A stretch of DNA of 64,000 nt from Argopecten irradians (taxonomy: Eukaryota). The translations under genes were made by a program, and so were the position numbers. Positions 1 through 14,000 of this stretch are shown here, one piece after another; position 1 is the first letter of the stretch, and each line of letters opens with the position of its first letter. The DNA lies in NCBI RefSeq assembly GCF_041381155.1, contig NC_091134.1, positions 61,246,902-61,310,901 of the forward strand, in the 5' to 3' direction. Under the pieces are notes generated by a model that worked only from the letters and a program-made list of their open reading frames with translations, was not told the DNA's origin and did not search any database.

Positions 1-663
1 CAATAGTTAGTTAGCAACTCTTTGTATAAAGAAGACAAATAAAACCAGGCTACTCCAATCGATTCATATTTCTATACGGCTTAAATTTTCAAAAATGGCT
101 ACTGGAAGATGGAAATTGTCCTCGGTTCACCACTGTCACCGGAACAGGCATTGAATAAGTTAATTTAAAATTCGAACCACAACTAATACTTTCAGAAACA
201 CAAAATTTGAAAATATGTATCATCATGAAAGTTATGCTTTCAACTAATTTGAATTTTTGAATAGTTGTATTCCAATATTTAGTCAAAGCAAACATTATCA
301 CCATCTTTTGTTACGTTATACGTATTTGAAATTGTACTTTACCAATGTATCAAATCTCTCGGAATATCTTTTATTTATACAACCTAGAGGAGTAAGCCAC
401 AAAGTCATAATCAAGTTTTGATGCTTATATACACAATTAGGATATTATAGTAATTTCGACAATCGATTCCAAATTTCATAGAATAAATATCATTTTGGAT
501 TCCTTTTGATTAATAATGGTAAGTTCTTTTTTTGCTATCGATATGCACGATGCATTTTGTTTTAATTCCAAGACGGCAAAACAATGAATTTAACCGAATA
601 GAACGAAGAAACGACTGTACGTTCTATATTTATCATGCTTTTATTGATAATATGACATTATAA

Positions 664-3600
664 TCAGGGACAGCCATATACTTCCACACGTAGACCTGGG
701 AGACCGCCGGTGTGCCATACTTTGGGATAGAAACGGACGAATCTGGCCTGTACTGGTGTCACAAAGTCGTGTTTTATCACCATATCGTAGCTTGAACTAC
801 CAGAAAACGTCTGCAATAGATCAATATAGAAATTTCAATGTGGTATTATTAAGAAACGAAAAATATTGATACTTTTTAAGCTTCTCGCTGCAAATATGAT
901 CATGTAGCTTTAACGTACGATAAATAGCTTCTTACAATAACGTCATACAAGCGCAAAATTAAACAATTTAAATTCTTCTGAAAACGTTTTTATCGCCTTA
1001 AGAAAAGAACAAGAAGCCTCTAACTTACGTTTCCGCCTGACACCGCCGCGTCCCGGAAGGTGTTGCCGTCTTGACTGTAGGTAACGGTGTAGGTTAAGGT
1101 GTAGTAGGAGGATGAACGGTAACCCTGTGTAGCCACGCCGTACACTGTCGATACGTTACCAAGGTCCACCTAATTAAATAATATACATCTATAATAGAAG
1201 TCAACGCCTTATGCTTTAGTTCGTATCAGAATGGGCGCTTTTATCCGTTGTTAACATGCTATGAAAATATCACATTACCCATACATTATAATCACTTTAT
1301 ATTTGGAAAATTGAAAAGAAGGCATCCACCGCAGCGCTTTTCTTTCTTTAAGTGTGACCACCGTGTCAACTTCCCTGGGTTCTACACTTACTGTCACGTT
1401 AATTTTGCGAAATTCCGTCATTCTCTCAAATTTATGAAATTTCATTTATTAGCCCCAGACAAGAAGATTAGATAACTGCATTATGGAAAACTGTTATAAA
1501 TTTAACCTGTAAGAAGGACCCGGTTCCATTCCCTACCCATCCTGTGCGTGAGTGCAGACGACCGTCGTGGGCATTGTACGTGTTGTAGGTTAAGTGTGCG
1601 GATAACTGGGCGTCAGGGATGTGCTTGACCGACTGGTCCACTCCGTATGAGTTCGTCGAACATACTGGGAAATACCATACAAAGTTCCATAAAAGAATAA
1701 AAGAATGAAAACATAAACGGTGTTAGTACCATAAATCTACCTGAAGGTAGCTCTCCACAGAAAATTACTGCATATTGATTTAAGGATGTACACCTCTGAG
1801 AAGTCAAAACTTTCTTGTATTAATTTTTTTCTGAAATATTTGTGTGTACATTCTTGCACGAATGTGGGGGTGTGTAAGGGTGAGTGTGTGGGTGGGAGTG
1901 TGTGGGTGTGAGGATGTGTGGGTGTGTGTATGTGTGTTTTTTATGTGTGCTCGCGAGTGATATGTGATTGTGAATACATATATATGTGTACCTGTATATT
2001 GTTTTATGTGACTGTGTACATTGTGTTGTAATGTAATTATGCAAAAATAAAAAAAAAATAAAAAAAATAAAAAAAAATTCTGATATAGAATTATCAAAAT
2101 TCATACCACAGTTCATACCATAGAAGAAAATGGAAGAAAAAAAATATGTCCGTGTGCTCGTTTTTTAACTATTGTCACTCAAAGTTAAATAAGTAATTTC
2201 TTCAAATTCCTGTATAGAAAATCTACTAAAAATAGAAATGTAATTTTTTGACAAAATTTGTAACTGGCAACTTGCTACAAGTATTGATAGGTTTTTTTAT
2301 CTATGTCGAAACGATACTTCAACGGGACTGAAACCTCAGAAGAATACACCCTTAATGGTAAAATTCATTCCTGTATACAAGGGAAATATAAATAATTGAT
2401 TGTTTACACTGGGAAGACATACAATTTTAAAGTAATTTAATCAGGGGATAACTCACTTGTTTCACATCTGTTCCCGCCATAGCCATGGACACACCTACAT
2501 GTGAATTGGTTTAGGTTATCCGTGCATGTTCCACCATGCTCACACGGCTGGTTTACGCATTGGTCTTGCTCTAAAAGAAAATCAAACTTTCTGTTTCTTT
2601 TTTGACGTTTTAACTACATAAGATAATATGTGAAATGACAACAAACCTTTTGCAAAAGAAATTAATACCAAGCAAAGAGTGTATTTAAAATATACAGACC
2701 CCGGATATTGATGCTGAAGGACCCGTCAGCATATTTTCCATGGACATCGGTGGCGCGAATTTCAAACTGGTAGGTTGCGTCTACATCGGGGGCAGTTCCG
2801 GATATCTCCCCAGTGGCGTTATTGAGTGTAGTACCTGGGGGCAGGTGGCCGGATACTAGTTCGTACACAATACGCTGTCCATCAGGATCCTGTGAAAAGT
2901 TTAATTGGTACAAAACATAAATAAATCACATAATTGTGTTGTAGCTCCCTATCATTTTTGATCGCCTGTTGTCTGTCTTTGTTTGGAAATGTTTTCGATC
3001 AAGATGTGTTGTATTACCATTACTTACCATAATTAAGTTTTAAACGATCACAAAACCCAGACCTGTTTTGTGAATTACCTTCGCTTCCACCGATACTGAG
3101 AAAGATTTCCCGGAGTTAAATGTACCAAGGGAACCATGCACTGATTGCTTAGTCCAGATAGGAGGAAGACTCTTCACTTTCTGAAAAAGAAAAACAATGT
3201 AATCGTCGCTATGGCCGCATTTGTATCTTATTGTATGCTGGTATGACATTTTGCTGTTTCAAAATCATTTTCGTGCAGCTGACGAATTTGACATTATCAT
3301 TTCCGAAGGGTATCGATGCAAACGTACCTTTGGTTTACTACCATGGCTAACACACGCCTTGTGAAATGTGAAAAATAAAAATCAGTCAAAAGAAATAAAA
3401 ATCTATAACTTTCAATGCGCTATATCTAGAAAGTACTGCTATAATACATTACATACGAAAAATAAATTGACATCATCAGTACTCAAGTGCTATACTTTCA
3501 CATACCTGGATGAACTTCCTGAGGTCCACTCCAGCTATATACACGGTTCCCCCAGCTCCAGGCTTCAGGATTACATCTCCACCCTGACCCGCCTGAAATT

Positions 3601-4104
3601 AATATTTTTATATAGACTTTATCATAAAAATAGCATGTTCTCATTAATTTGACTAAGGAAAATATGATTTATGATATTTAGGCAATGCGTTTGCGGAAAA
3701 CCAATTCGAGTTGAAATTCAGTGATACATTCCACCACCGGTAATGTAAACGTGCTAATATTTTATTTCACATAGAAACACAACTTAGGATTTATTCAGAA
3801 TATTTTTTTTCATATTTATTTATTATATATTTTCAAACACTAAATGATCAATTTAGAATATAATGATACACGTTTATAGCATACCTCAAATATAAGATCT
3901 CCATTTGGTTCTGAGGAAATGTTTACATTCGGGTAGTCCACTTGGAAAAAGCTGAAAAATTGAATGATATAAAACACAGAAACTAATAAAATGTCTTTGT
4001 TTTAGAAAACATCACTAGTATCCGCAATATAAAAGTTAAACACGGACTTACCTGGCTTTAACAAGTGCTGGTAATATCAGAAAAATAGCGTACATTGCCG
4101 CCAT
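664..4104 (-). CDS. Secreted cadherin-like(He_PIG)+EGF+discoidin(F5/8-C) protein, paralog 1 (352 aa). CDS complement(join(664..810,1029..1169,1507..1664,2457..2570,2700..2889,3079..3180,3506..3592,3885..3951,4052..4104))
   Basis: Hand-built exon chain. Every junction is GT..AG, phases are consistent and total 1059 nt. Start ATG is at 4104-4102 with signal peptide MAAMYAIFLILPALVKA, followed by GTAAGT. He_PIG exon: DPDGQRIVYELVSGHLPPGTTLNNATGEISGTAPDVDATYQFEIRATDVHGKYADGSFSINIR (overlaps ORF 2662..2913). EGF exon: EQDQCVNQPCEHGGTCTDNLNQFTCRCVHGYGGNRCET. Discoidin exons: ...GVDQSVKHIPDAQLSAHL..., VDLGNVSTVYGVATQGYRSSSYYTLTYTVTYSQDGNTF..., ...ARFVRFYPKVWHTGGLPGLRVEVYGCP*. Stop TGA is at 666-664 and a minus-strand AATAAA at 645-640. 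Confidence 0.65.
1850..2080. repeat. Low-complexity GT-rich (gtgtgtgg-like) tract plus (A)7-8T repeats, lying in an intron of paralog 1
   Basis: gggtgtgtaagggtgagtgtgtgggtgggagtgtgtgggtgtg... and aaaaaaaataaaaaaaataaaaaaaaa. Confidence 0.8.
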
Positions 4105-5509
4105 GATGGATTTCTAACTTTTCAGTAACCGGAAACTCTTTCTTTCGAAAGCTTTACTAACTCTACTTGTGTGGGATACACCATGAACTCATTTTAATAT
4201 CACCATGGTAACATAATGTGTGACACAGGTCTAGGACAAGGTTGGAGTTTTACCGTTATTTACTGTTCTAAAACCCAGGCTAATCCATGGATGTCATTCA
4301 TATTTACCTCGTGTTTCCGACTCCATGTAACCTAACAACGAGTCTGACAACGATGATACAGGCAGACTTTAAATATCTGTAATTAAACTTCCTCCTTGTC
4401 ACATGTCCTCTCCAACTATACGAACTAGTGCTTACTTAACTCATCTCATTTCACCTTGAACTATATTGACTAAACAAAATGTTGCAACATATATCTGTGT
4501 CATTAATTATTATGTATAGTAACACACCCAACACTAAAACAACGCCATACATTTTATTGTACCATTAGCTCATGCAGTTAAAGAGAACTTTATATTTTCC
4601 TGCTTTTAATAATTCTTTTTTTTTTCAATTATGGTACAGTGTATTTTTGTAGCTTATAGAAGTTCCTCTATCCCTCTACTTGGCTTAATTTACATGACAT
4701 GTGATCAGTTTAAATATCATTTAATACGAAGCCGTGTTTACCAATGCCATACTTGACACATAAGAAGAACTGCGATCTCGTATATATGTTTGACAATATT
4801 ACTGAGTCACAGTTGATTTACAAAACGCTTTTATTTAGTTGAACATTCTCGCATCGATCACACTACGATTACTATTATTAGTGAGACTAGAAAACGATGA
4901 AAAACGCAAAAAAGGTATTTTTTATATACAAAGAATTGAAATGAAAAAAGACACTTGGTTTCCTCATAAAAAATATTCAAAATAACAAAACTAATATTTT
5001 AACAAAATGCAACTTTTTGTAATTAAATTTGGGAAAAAAAAGTAAAAGAGGATATATTAGTCCGCTGCTTCATTGACGACATACCTTATAGGATTCTTGT
5101 AAAATCTGGGTGAAAGCACCATTTCCATTTCAAATTGTACAAGTTAGAATTAATCCTATAAAATTAATTAGAAGCACCTTTTGTATTGTACTATGGAATG
5201 TGGTATTGTTAGTCAGAAAAACCATGTTTAGACTTCATTGCATCTTATTTTACTTTAATACAAGTATTTGAATATTAAGCTTTTCATAATACATAGATTT
5301 TCCTCTTTCGATTGTTTTCCACATGATACCGATTCACCGCTTTATACCATCTGTAGGTAGCTGTATTTAACCAGGTAAAACTAGAGACACCAGGTTGACT
5401 TTCCAGAACATACGCTACACCATTCCTGTACCAACTTTAACAACACAAACATGCAGACATAACAGTGATTATAGACATCGAGCTTCCTTCGGTGACCGAA
5501 TCAGAAGAT
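4105..5509. promoter_or_regulatory. Shared 5' intergenic region (putative bidirectional promoter) between divergent paralogs 1 (-) and 2 (+)
   Basis: Start codons sit at 4104 (-) and 5510 (+). The ~1.4 kb AT-rich spacer has no long ORFs. Confidence 0.4.
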
Positions 5510-8500
5510 ATGGCATGGCATATTGGAATTATATTTATATTTTCAATTATTTTATCAGCTATTGATGGCTCCCCTGGCAAGTAAGTATTTTCAATAATGT
5601 CTTTCAATTAATCCATTTATAAAAAAATCATTGCCGTCATGGCGGAAATGACGTCACAGTCAATTTTGTAACGTTAAAATACAGTTATGCTTTACGTAAA
5701 ATACATCTGTTTATCTTTAAAAATCAAATGGATCGTTCATATATTGCAGCCTATTATTAGTATTTTTATGAACTGATATATCCAATTATCATTTTCCTTT
5801 TCATGACAATGTCGTTTTGTAGTGAAGATATCACATTTGATTATATTCTATGCTAAACTGAACTTTAAATAGAAATATACCTCATGGCAGTGAATGCTAG
5901 AGTATGTGGTATATGTTTGAATGCATAACTTTCATATTGAGATATTTGTTATTCTTATCTAAAAAGCGTTCTTCAGTTGGACTATCCTGATGTGACCATA
6001 GCTGCTCAAAAGAATGGAACATTTTTGGGGCAGGTAAAAGTGGTTTCAGATTAAAAGAAATACCATACTATTAAATTATCAGATGATTAAATAATCTGAA
6101 ATAATCAGGACCGATTTTACCGAAACTCTTAAAATTATACGAGGGTAAAAGGTAAAAGCTATACACGCAAGTAAAAATGCTTTCGAAACCAGGTGGATAT
6201 GAGTTAGCGTCTTAAAACCAATACAGATGTATATATTTTTTTAACGTTAAATCTGTTATTTATATATATGACACATTCCAACTATTACAAAAATGTTGTC
6301 ACGAATTTCTACTTTTTATTTGAAAAGCGTAAAATTGTCAATTTATTCCAATGTGTGTTATATTATTTAGTCCGGACTGAACGGCGACATCTACATACAG
6401 CCGAATAAGACCAATTTTGGAACCGTCTTCTTTGATGGTTATGATCTCCTAGAAATTATTGACGTATGTATATATTAAGGGAAACCAGTCAAACCTTATT
6501 AAATTGTAGCAGTCAATTAAAACCTACTTGAATTATTAGGTATTTTCTACATTGAATCATTAAAACATAACGATTATTTTGTAACTTTATTTGGGTTCAT
6601 CCAAATGCTTTTAAAATGATTTGCAGGTAGATAGCTTATGATATACCAATCGGCTAACAGTTGGCTTCCAATTGATAATCACAAGAACATATTTCAAAGT
6701 TATATGTGCTGTAACTGGGCGAACATTTTGACATTTTATTAATAACTTATTTTTCGATAATCTATTGAAAACCATACGGCTTAATGGGTCAAGCATATAT
6801 GATGTCTTTTAAACTTAAGTAAAACACAGAAATTACGCACTGTACAATTATTCTGCCTTTTTATGCCTTGTGCATATTAAGGAAGTAAATCGCCTGCAAA
6901 ACTCACATTACAATTACTACTAACACTGCAAAAATGTGAAATGAAACCTAATTTTGTTCTTTTCACTGAACTATACATGGATTTGTGTTTTTAAGGTACT
7001 GCCAAAAATCATTTTAGCTCCTATTTGTTCAATTACATTAATTATAAAATTGAAACTTATGCACTGAACATATTGTAATTATCAAAATGTTGGTAACTTT
7101 TGGTGGTGACTAACATAGATTAACTTATTGATTTATTTAGATCATTAACAACATGCCCCCTCTATGGCGGCTACACGGCCACACCGGTTACTCTGGCACG
7201 TTCGAGGGCGGCTCGGACATCAACATTCCACTGGAGGTGTTGGTGAGGTTTAGTATCCTGTTCATAACAAGCGGTGATGTATAGTAGAAAATTGAAAACA
7301 AGTTTTCTTCTTGATACCGGGAAAGATTTAACTTTCCATTACATTTTCCGTGTTCAGTATAGTTATATTGCTTTGCTTTATGGTGTTCCAATGAAATCAG
7401 CAAGAGGTGGCTAAATGTTGAATACCTTTTGTTTGAATATTTCAAATAGTTTCTTTCTCTGTTTTGATTTTGGATCTCCAGCTTCTGAATGCTTTTTTCA
7501 AGGAAAATTTATGCGTTTTTGCACAACTTTTCCGGTTAAGGTTAAGAGTGTTTTTTTCTAACATTGCAGGACCCCGAAAGTCAGGACGTACGATTTGAAC
7601 TTGTTGCTGGGAATTTCCCCATAGGTTTAAAAATAGCCAAAAATCCATGGAGAATCGAAGGAATTGTCCCGGACGAAGACGCCATTTTCACATTTACAAT
7701 CCGGGCACTTGATTCAAGTGATAAGTACGCTGATGCAGTGTTCAAGATAGAAACTCTAGGTAACGTAACTTATCAGTATCTCTGACATCGATATCAGAGT
7801 CTTAGAAAACCATTGCAGTTGATCAAACGACTCAAACTCGGTGGTATGTAGGAAGAAAATGGGATATATGTGTATAGATATATTGCTTAAATGATACCAA
7901 AACTCAAATGATCAAATTACATACTTTCATCAGTAATCAGTAAAAAAATAGTAAGAAATAAATTACCTCTAAATTGTTGTCAAGTGTTCATTGATGTGGA
8001 TTTTGTTTAGATTTTTGCTTCTTTGCATTGCTCATTGATTTAGAGGTAGACCAGTGCCTCCGGGAGATGTGTCATAACAATGGACAGTGTAACAATACCA
8101 ATACCCACCGTGGGTTTACATGTACATGTCCTACAGGATATGGCGGACCAACATGTGATATATGTAAGTATAATATTTCATTTGTATGTTAACTTTTACG
8201 TGTTCTTCAAACCAAATTGCGAAAAACATGTCTGCTCATTTGCATGTGTTTCAATGTTATTGGTTCCTATGACAAAACCTTAAAGTTCTTCGTTTAGTGG
8301 AAAATCTGGGCAGGCGGTGAAAATCATCCATACCTGTTCACTTCCGATTGGTGGAATCAGCATCAAGTGGTTGTTAAAGGCAGCAGTGTCACACCAATAT
8401 GGTGCCGCGATAATACTTCCTGTTGACTTGTTACTTAAACTATGTATTTGTATTGTAGATCCAAAGGAAGCAGTTTGAAGTTATAAAGATCTATGCATAC

Positions 8501-9743
8501 ATTAAATTAATACGCAAAAAGTATCAAGATTATATTTCCTTTTATTTATCTTTTTATATGTTAGCATTGCTAATACTATCCATTTATATCATATGTATAT
8601 CTAAAATCAAAACTAAATGAAACTTGTAGGATAATAAGGATTGATATCTGTGTTAATTGACGAGTATATTGCATCCACTTTCCCTTTATCTTGTTATATA
8701 CAGGACTAATTGTTATATTGTTTTTTACCCATTATGAAATGTTGTTATTCGTAACTTTTCCACTTTCTGTATTTCGACTTGTTTTAGCATGTACCAGGAC
8801 TGCCTTGGGGGTCGGGAATGCGTCCGTGGTTCCTGACGCACAAATGAGTGCTTACCTCTCCAGGTATTTGTCAAAGGCAGAAAACGGCCGATTGTCGAGA
8901 AGTGGGAACAATTGGTGCGGCGAAAACGCTAATTCGTGGCTACAAGTCGATCTAGGTATTAACACTGTAATTATACATAATCTATATATTTGTGAGACTT
9001 CACTATATATTTGTGAGACTTCACAGTTCATGTTTCACAAGCAGAATATTAGGCAACGGGGGGGGGGGTTGAGTGAATGGAACAGATTGTTTTCGTGTTT
9101 ACGAATTCCTTCCGTTTTTTAATTAGACAAAAAGAGCTACATATACTTGATTATAGATTAGCTTGAAAAGTAAAACTCATAATTCAGGTACCTAGAAAAA
9201 CCCCCATCAATTTCCTTTCCAGGTAGAAAAGCACAGATCTACAGAATAGAAACAGCTGGAGCCAACTCAACGTTCTACACAAAGACGTATACACTATCCT
9301 ACAGTACGACCGGAACCAGCTTTGACTTCGTCAACAGTGTGAATAGTACAACTGTACATGTAAGTATTGAGGTGTAAACACTTTATAACATATCATCATC
9401 AAACAGCTCTGGTAACTAACAAGGTTCTCATTCATGATGGACCGTAGCTTCATCAACACCGATGGTAGTGCCTTCTAACATTATCAGTTGTTTAAATGCT
9501 ATATACTGTTTATTTATAGTAAGGCGATGTCAAAAGAAGAGTAAGATAAAAAAAAGAATGGCACCTAATAAATCTTTACATTGTTATTTTGTTTTGTTAC
9601 AGACATTTCATGGATCTATTGGTGCAGAATACCAAACTCTGCCCGAACCTTTAGAAGCACGTTTTATCCGGATTCATCCGAAGACATACGACAGCCGATA
9701 CCACCCCTGCTTGCAGGTCGAAATGTTTGGCTGTTGGCTTTAA
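5510..9743 (+). CDS. Secreted cadherin-like(He_PIG)+EGF+discoidin(F5/8-C) protein, paralog 2 (362 aa). CDS join(5510..5580,5967..6033,6371..6463,7141..7242,7570..7759,8044..8163,8788..8955,9223..9359,9603..9743)
   Basis: ATG is at 5510 with signal peptide MAWHIGIIFIFSIILSAIDGSPG, followed by GTAAGT. All junctions are GT/AG with consistent phases, total 1089 nt. He_PIG exon: DPESQDVRFELVAGNFPIGLKIAKNPWRIEGIVPDEDAIFTFTIRALDSSDKYADAVFKIETL (ORF 7564..7785). EGF exon: EVDQCLREMCHNNGQCNNTNTHRGFTCTCPTGYGGPTCDI. Discoidin exons: SCTRTALGVGNASVVPDAQMSAYLSRYL...NSWLQVDLG, GRKAQIYRIETAGANSTFYTKTYTLSYSTTGTSF..., TFHGSIGAEYQTLPEPLEARFIRIHPKTYDSRYHPCLQVEMFGCWL*. Stop TAA is at 9741-9743 and AATAAA at ~9785. 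Confidence 0.7.
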
Positions 9744-11002
9744 CCGGACTTTACTCTGTTTGAACCGCATGTTTTATTTACAGAATAAACATAGAAGTAC
9801 GTGTAAAACAATTTTGAAGTATTTTTTGTCTTTAAAAGTCAGTTTTTGTTTCAAAAGCAACATAGTCAAACGAAACAGCTTCACATTGGACAAACAATTT
9901 CTGTACCATGATATTCATGTCTTATTTAAGTTGCATTATGGCATTGTTGTTATACTGCTTGAAGATGGTTGTATTTTTATACTAACAACAAGTCTTTCGT
10001 ATTTGAGAATAGAATCTTATTCAGATTTTACCTAAACTTCTAGTAAGTGGATAGCTCCCCGTGAAGACGCTTATTCTCCTGATGCAACATGTTCAATTTT
10101 CATTGTATTTTTTAAAATGTGCTCCTGTAGACACTGATCTATGGTTTTGTAAATTATATCAACATTTATTGGTTGACATAACCCTGTCATCCTCCATGAC
10201 CATTTGGCCTAATGTAATGATGGCTAGTTCATTATACCAATTTTTTTTCCTTTTCTCATCTAGATCACTTTACGACGCAAAACCCAGATAGGTCTTCCTA
10301 AATTAAAAATATCGTAGCGGAAAGCATATATTCCATTTTTTTAAAATTCAAATTTAAACAAATAATTATTTCCACTCTTGGACTTCAATGGGAAAAGGTG
10401 TTAACTGTGAGCAATATGAGATAGAGACAGGTTTTGATTTGTGGAGATGATTTCTTATGTAACCGTTGACGCCAACTATATTTCAATCGTCTTATATCTA
10501 TTCAACGAGATGCATGCGTATCTTGGGATTAATATGGGTTTGATTAATCAATTACTTATTCATGTTACTATTGAAGGACTAACTGTTAACATCTGTTTGA
10601 TATAGTTGTAGAAGTATATATAATATGATTGGTATAGAGTAGGTAATGATACTTTAAATTGAGAATGTTCTTGTGATAAAAATATAAGAATTGATAACAA
10701 ATTCAGCACCATTCTTTTACTCTATTTCCACCAGGAACAATTAACGCTTTACATAACTGATTCAGGTTCTATATAGTTAATTACACAAACTCACTTACTG
10801 ACATTAGTATGATATTATTTCGTAAAAGTTACGTTAAGTATTTTAGTTATAGTAAAACTGTGAGTTTGATATCCGATGCATTAACAGTTCTTATTTAAAA
10901 AAAAGACTTGAACACAGATTTGTTAGACTAAATCAAAATAGTTTTATTACTATTTAAATCAAAATTAAATCTGAAGACTTGATCTATACACCATCTGTGT
11001 TT

Positions 11003-14000
11003 CTACGAATTAATCTCGCATCCGTAAACCTCTACACGTAAGCCTGGGTGACTACTATACGTAACTGGCTTAAATCGGATGAAGCGTGCGTGGATTGGTG
11101 GAGTTAGTACGTGTTTAGTGATGGTGTTGACGTTGGTGCTGCCGTTATACACTTGAAACGAGAAAACATGGTGTCAAAAAGACTAAAATCTAAACAATAA
11201 AACCACAATAGAAAACAGAAAAAGGTTATCATAAAAATATGATCCATATATTTATTTGTTTGTTTGATTTATTAACGTCCTATTAACAACTATGGTCATG
11301 TAAGGACGGCCTCCCATGTAAGCAGTGTGTTGCGTGTATGTTGTGCGAGGTGCGTGTTTTGGGAGACTGCGGTATATTCATGTTGTGTCTTCTTTTATAG
11401 TGGACCTGTTGTCCTTTTTATAAAGCTATATCACTGAAGCATGCCGCCGAAGAGACCAAGCGACACAACCCACCCAGTCACATTATACTGACAACGGGCG
11501 AACCAGTCGTCCCACTCCCTGTATGCTGAGCGCTAAGCAGGAGCAGAAACTACCACTTTTATAGACTTTGGTGTGTCTCGGCCAGGGGACAGAACCCAGA
11601 GCCTTCCTCACAAGGGCGAACGCTCAACTCAAGGCCAAAAGTGAGGCGGTGCCAAGGGAGGCATTAGGAACGATAAAGTCGCCTTTTACGATCATGCAAT
11701 AGGGGCAGCAGGTACAATTATAATGCCCTACCTGCAATGATCCATTTAATTGCGTTAAAAGCTCAATCAAATATCTATCGATGGTCTCACATGTTGTTAA
11801 ACATGATTAATTAAACCTTTATCTGTGATATTGCACACTGCAATCCGTATGATAATGCAAACGATCAGGTTTAGATGCTTTAATGTCGTATCACAGTGTC
11901 AACCTACCATGTTGGATGTTCCGTTCTTTGTGTTGACGAAGGTATTTCCGTCAGAGCTGTACTGTAATTGGTAGGTTGATGTGTAGTAGGTCGAGGATGT
12001 GTAACCCTGGGTAGCGACGGCGTGAACATCCATAACGTTCCCGAGATCAACCTTATTGAACAATAGATTTCAGTCATTATACCTTATTATGACATCAGCA
12101 ACTGATAATGTTAACGAACATTGAAATATTACCACTTGAAAAAACATTGTCAACGTATTCTATTTCCATTGAAGGACGTGAATTGCAAGCATGTTTTGTT
12201 TGAGGCGCACGACAATGAAACATCATTTTCATTTTAATAAACTCATATAAATACTTTATCATACGAGATTATCAGATCAATACATATAACCAAGAAAGTG
12301 TGTTCTAGCGTATTCAGCATTAATTAGTAACCTGTAACCAGGATGCTGTGTTCTGACCAATCCAGCCTTGTGGAGCATTCAGCCGTCCGTCCGAAGCAGG
12401 ATGGTCTCCATACGAGTAGTGAGCAGACATCTGGGCATCGGCTATCTTCTTACTACTCTGGTCCACACCAAAGGCGCGGCTCTCACAATCTGGTACAGAT
12501 TAACACTTTTGTAAAAGTAATTGTTATCCAAAATTAAAAAAAAACTAATTGGAAAGATATCTTCAGATAATTACAATCAATGTCAAACTTATTTTGGTTT
12601 GTGTTTTTATCATGCTTTTGGTCATTTAGCTATTAATTAGACAATTCCGCCATTTTCCTATAGTGACATAACGTTAATGCTTGATTGAGCAATCACAGTT
12701 GATAACACGGAATGTACAGGTTTTTATCCTGATGATATACCACCTGGCCAACGTTCCAGGTTATGGGCCTGACATTGGGCGCGGTACTTACTAGTAGCAC
12801 AAGTCGTCCCACCGTACGGACTCTGACAGGTACAGACAAAGCTGTCTATATCGTCTTTACAGGTCCCACCGTGACTACAGGGGTTACTCAGACACTGGTT
12901 CTTCTCTATCACAATGTTAAAGCATAAAATAATATATGTGAGTTATCAATATCAGCACAACGGAATTACATAACTTAAAATACTAATGTATACCATGACA
13001 CTACATACCTGAAAACTTCCGTCTTTGGTTTAATGAATATTGCAAATCCATTAATAAAAATCATTTATACATCAAATAACTTTCCAGAATGCTATATTAG
13101 TCACATATAATACATATCAAAATATTTTTCAAAGAAATATAATAATCCTCATCAACAGAAAGACTGCATGTCTTGGTCATATTACTGGATAAAATATAAC
13201 GCCCACAACCATAGTTTCGAAACATTCCAATAACATTTTTTTAATATAAACATGTTAAACCAACCTCTTGTGTCAATGGAGAAAATTTGGTCAGCGTATT
13301 TTCCGTGTTTGTCCGTTACTCGTATCCCGAATTGATATGTGGCATCTACATCAGGTGCTGTACCGGAAATCTGTCCAGTGGCTTTGTTTAGAACCACGCC
13401 AGGTGGCAACGCTCCCGATACTTTTTCATATTTGAGAGATCCTCCTTCAGGGTCCTACATGAAATATGTTTTTTTTTTCATTAGGTAGTGATTATCAATG
13501 AATAAACAGAAGAATATACTATTTTGATCTTTATCACATTGTCATTTATCGATATTATGTTGAAGTTAGTAAGTACAGTAAATTAAGAGTTTCAATGAAT
13601 CAGGTAAAAACGTATAACGGGGCGTTTTTCCTGATGTTTAATACATTTATATTACAAAAAACTGAACAGTTTAACTCACTTTCGAATTCATCACATTTTT
13701 ATTACGTACAGTATTTCAATGTGTGATGCCTTACCACAGCTTCTAGATTCAGTGATATCAATGACCCTCCAAGGAATGTACCCAGTGAACCGTGAACGGA
13801 TTTCAATTCCCAGACAGGGGGCATGCTGTTGACAACCTAAAGATGACATCAAATCTGTCACACAATAAGCTTGTAGGCATTTTCGAACCATTCAAAGGTG
13901 GATTTCTAGTAATTACCAAATGTGTTTTGAATACATCAAGTTCGCGAATGACAGAATACAAAAACTTCTTATAAAGTACGTTTCCGTGCTATTCTAAGTA

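Noticed and set aside
1804-2116. ORFs of 97 and 98 aa (THTHT.. / HPHTH..)
   Set aside because: Low-complexity GT-rich and A-rich intronic sequence of paralog 1.
3339-3371. Candidate 30-nt micro-exon ACVSHGSKPK (minus strand) with AG/GT borders in paralog 1
   Set aside because: The homologous 102-nt exon 4 (KVKSLPPIWTKQSVHGSLGTF...) was found at 3079..3180. The micro-exon would duplicate its position and is bounded by an in-frame TGA.
8691-9122. 143-aa ORF
   Set aside because: A read-through of a real discoidin exon (8788..8955) into its flanking introns. The ORF track merges exon and intron.
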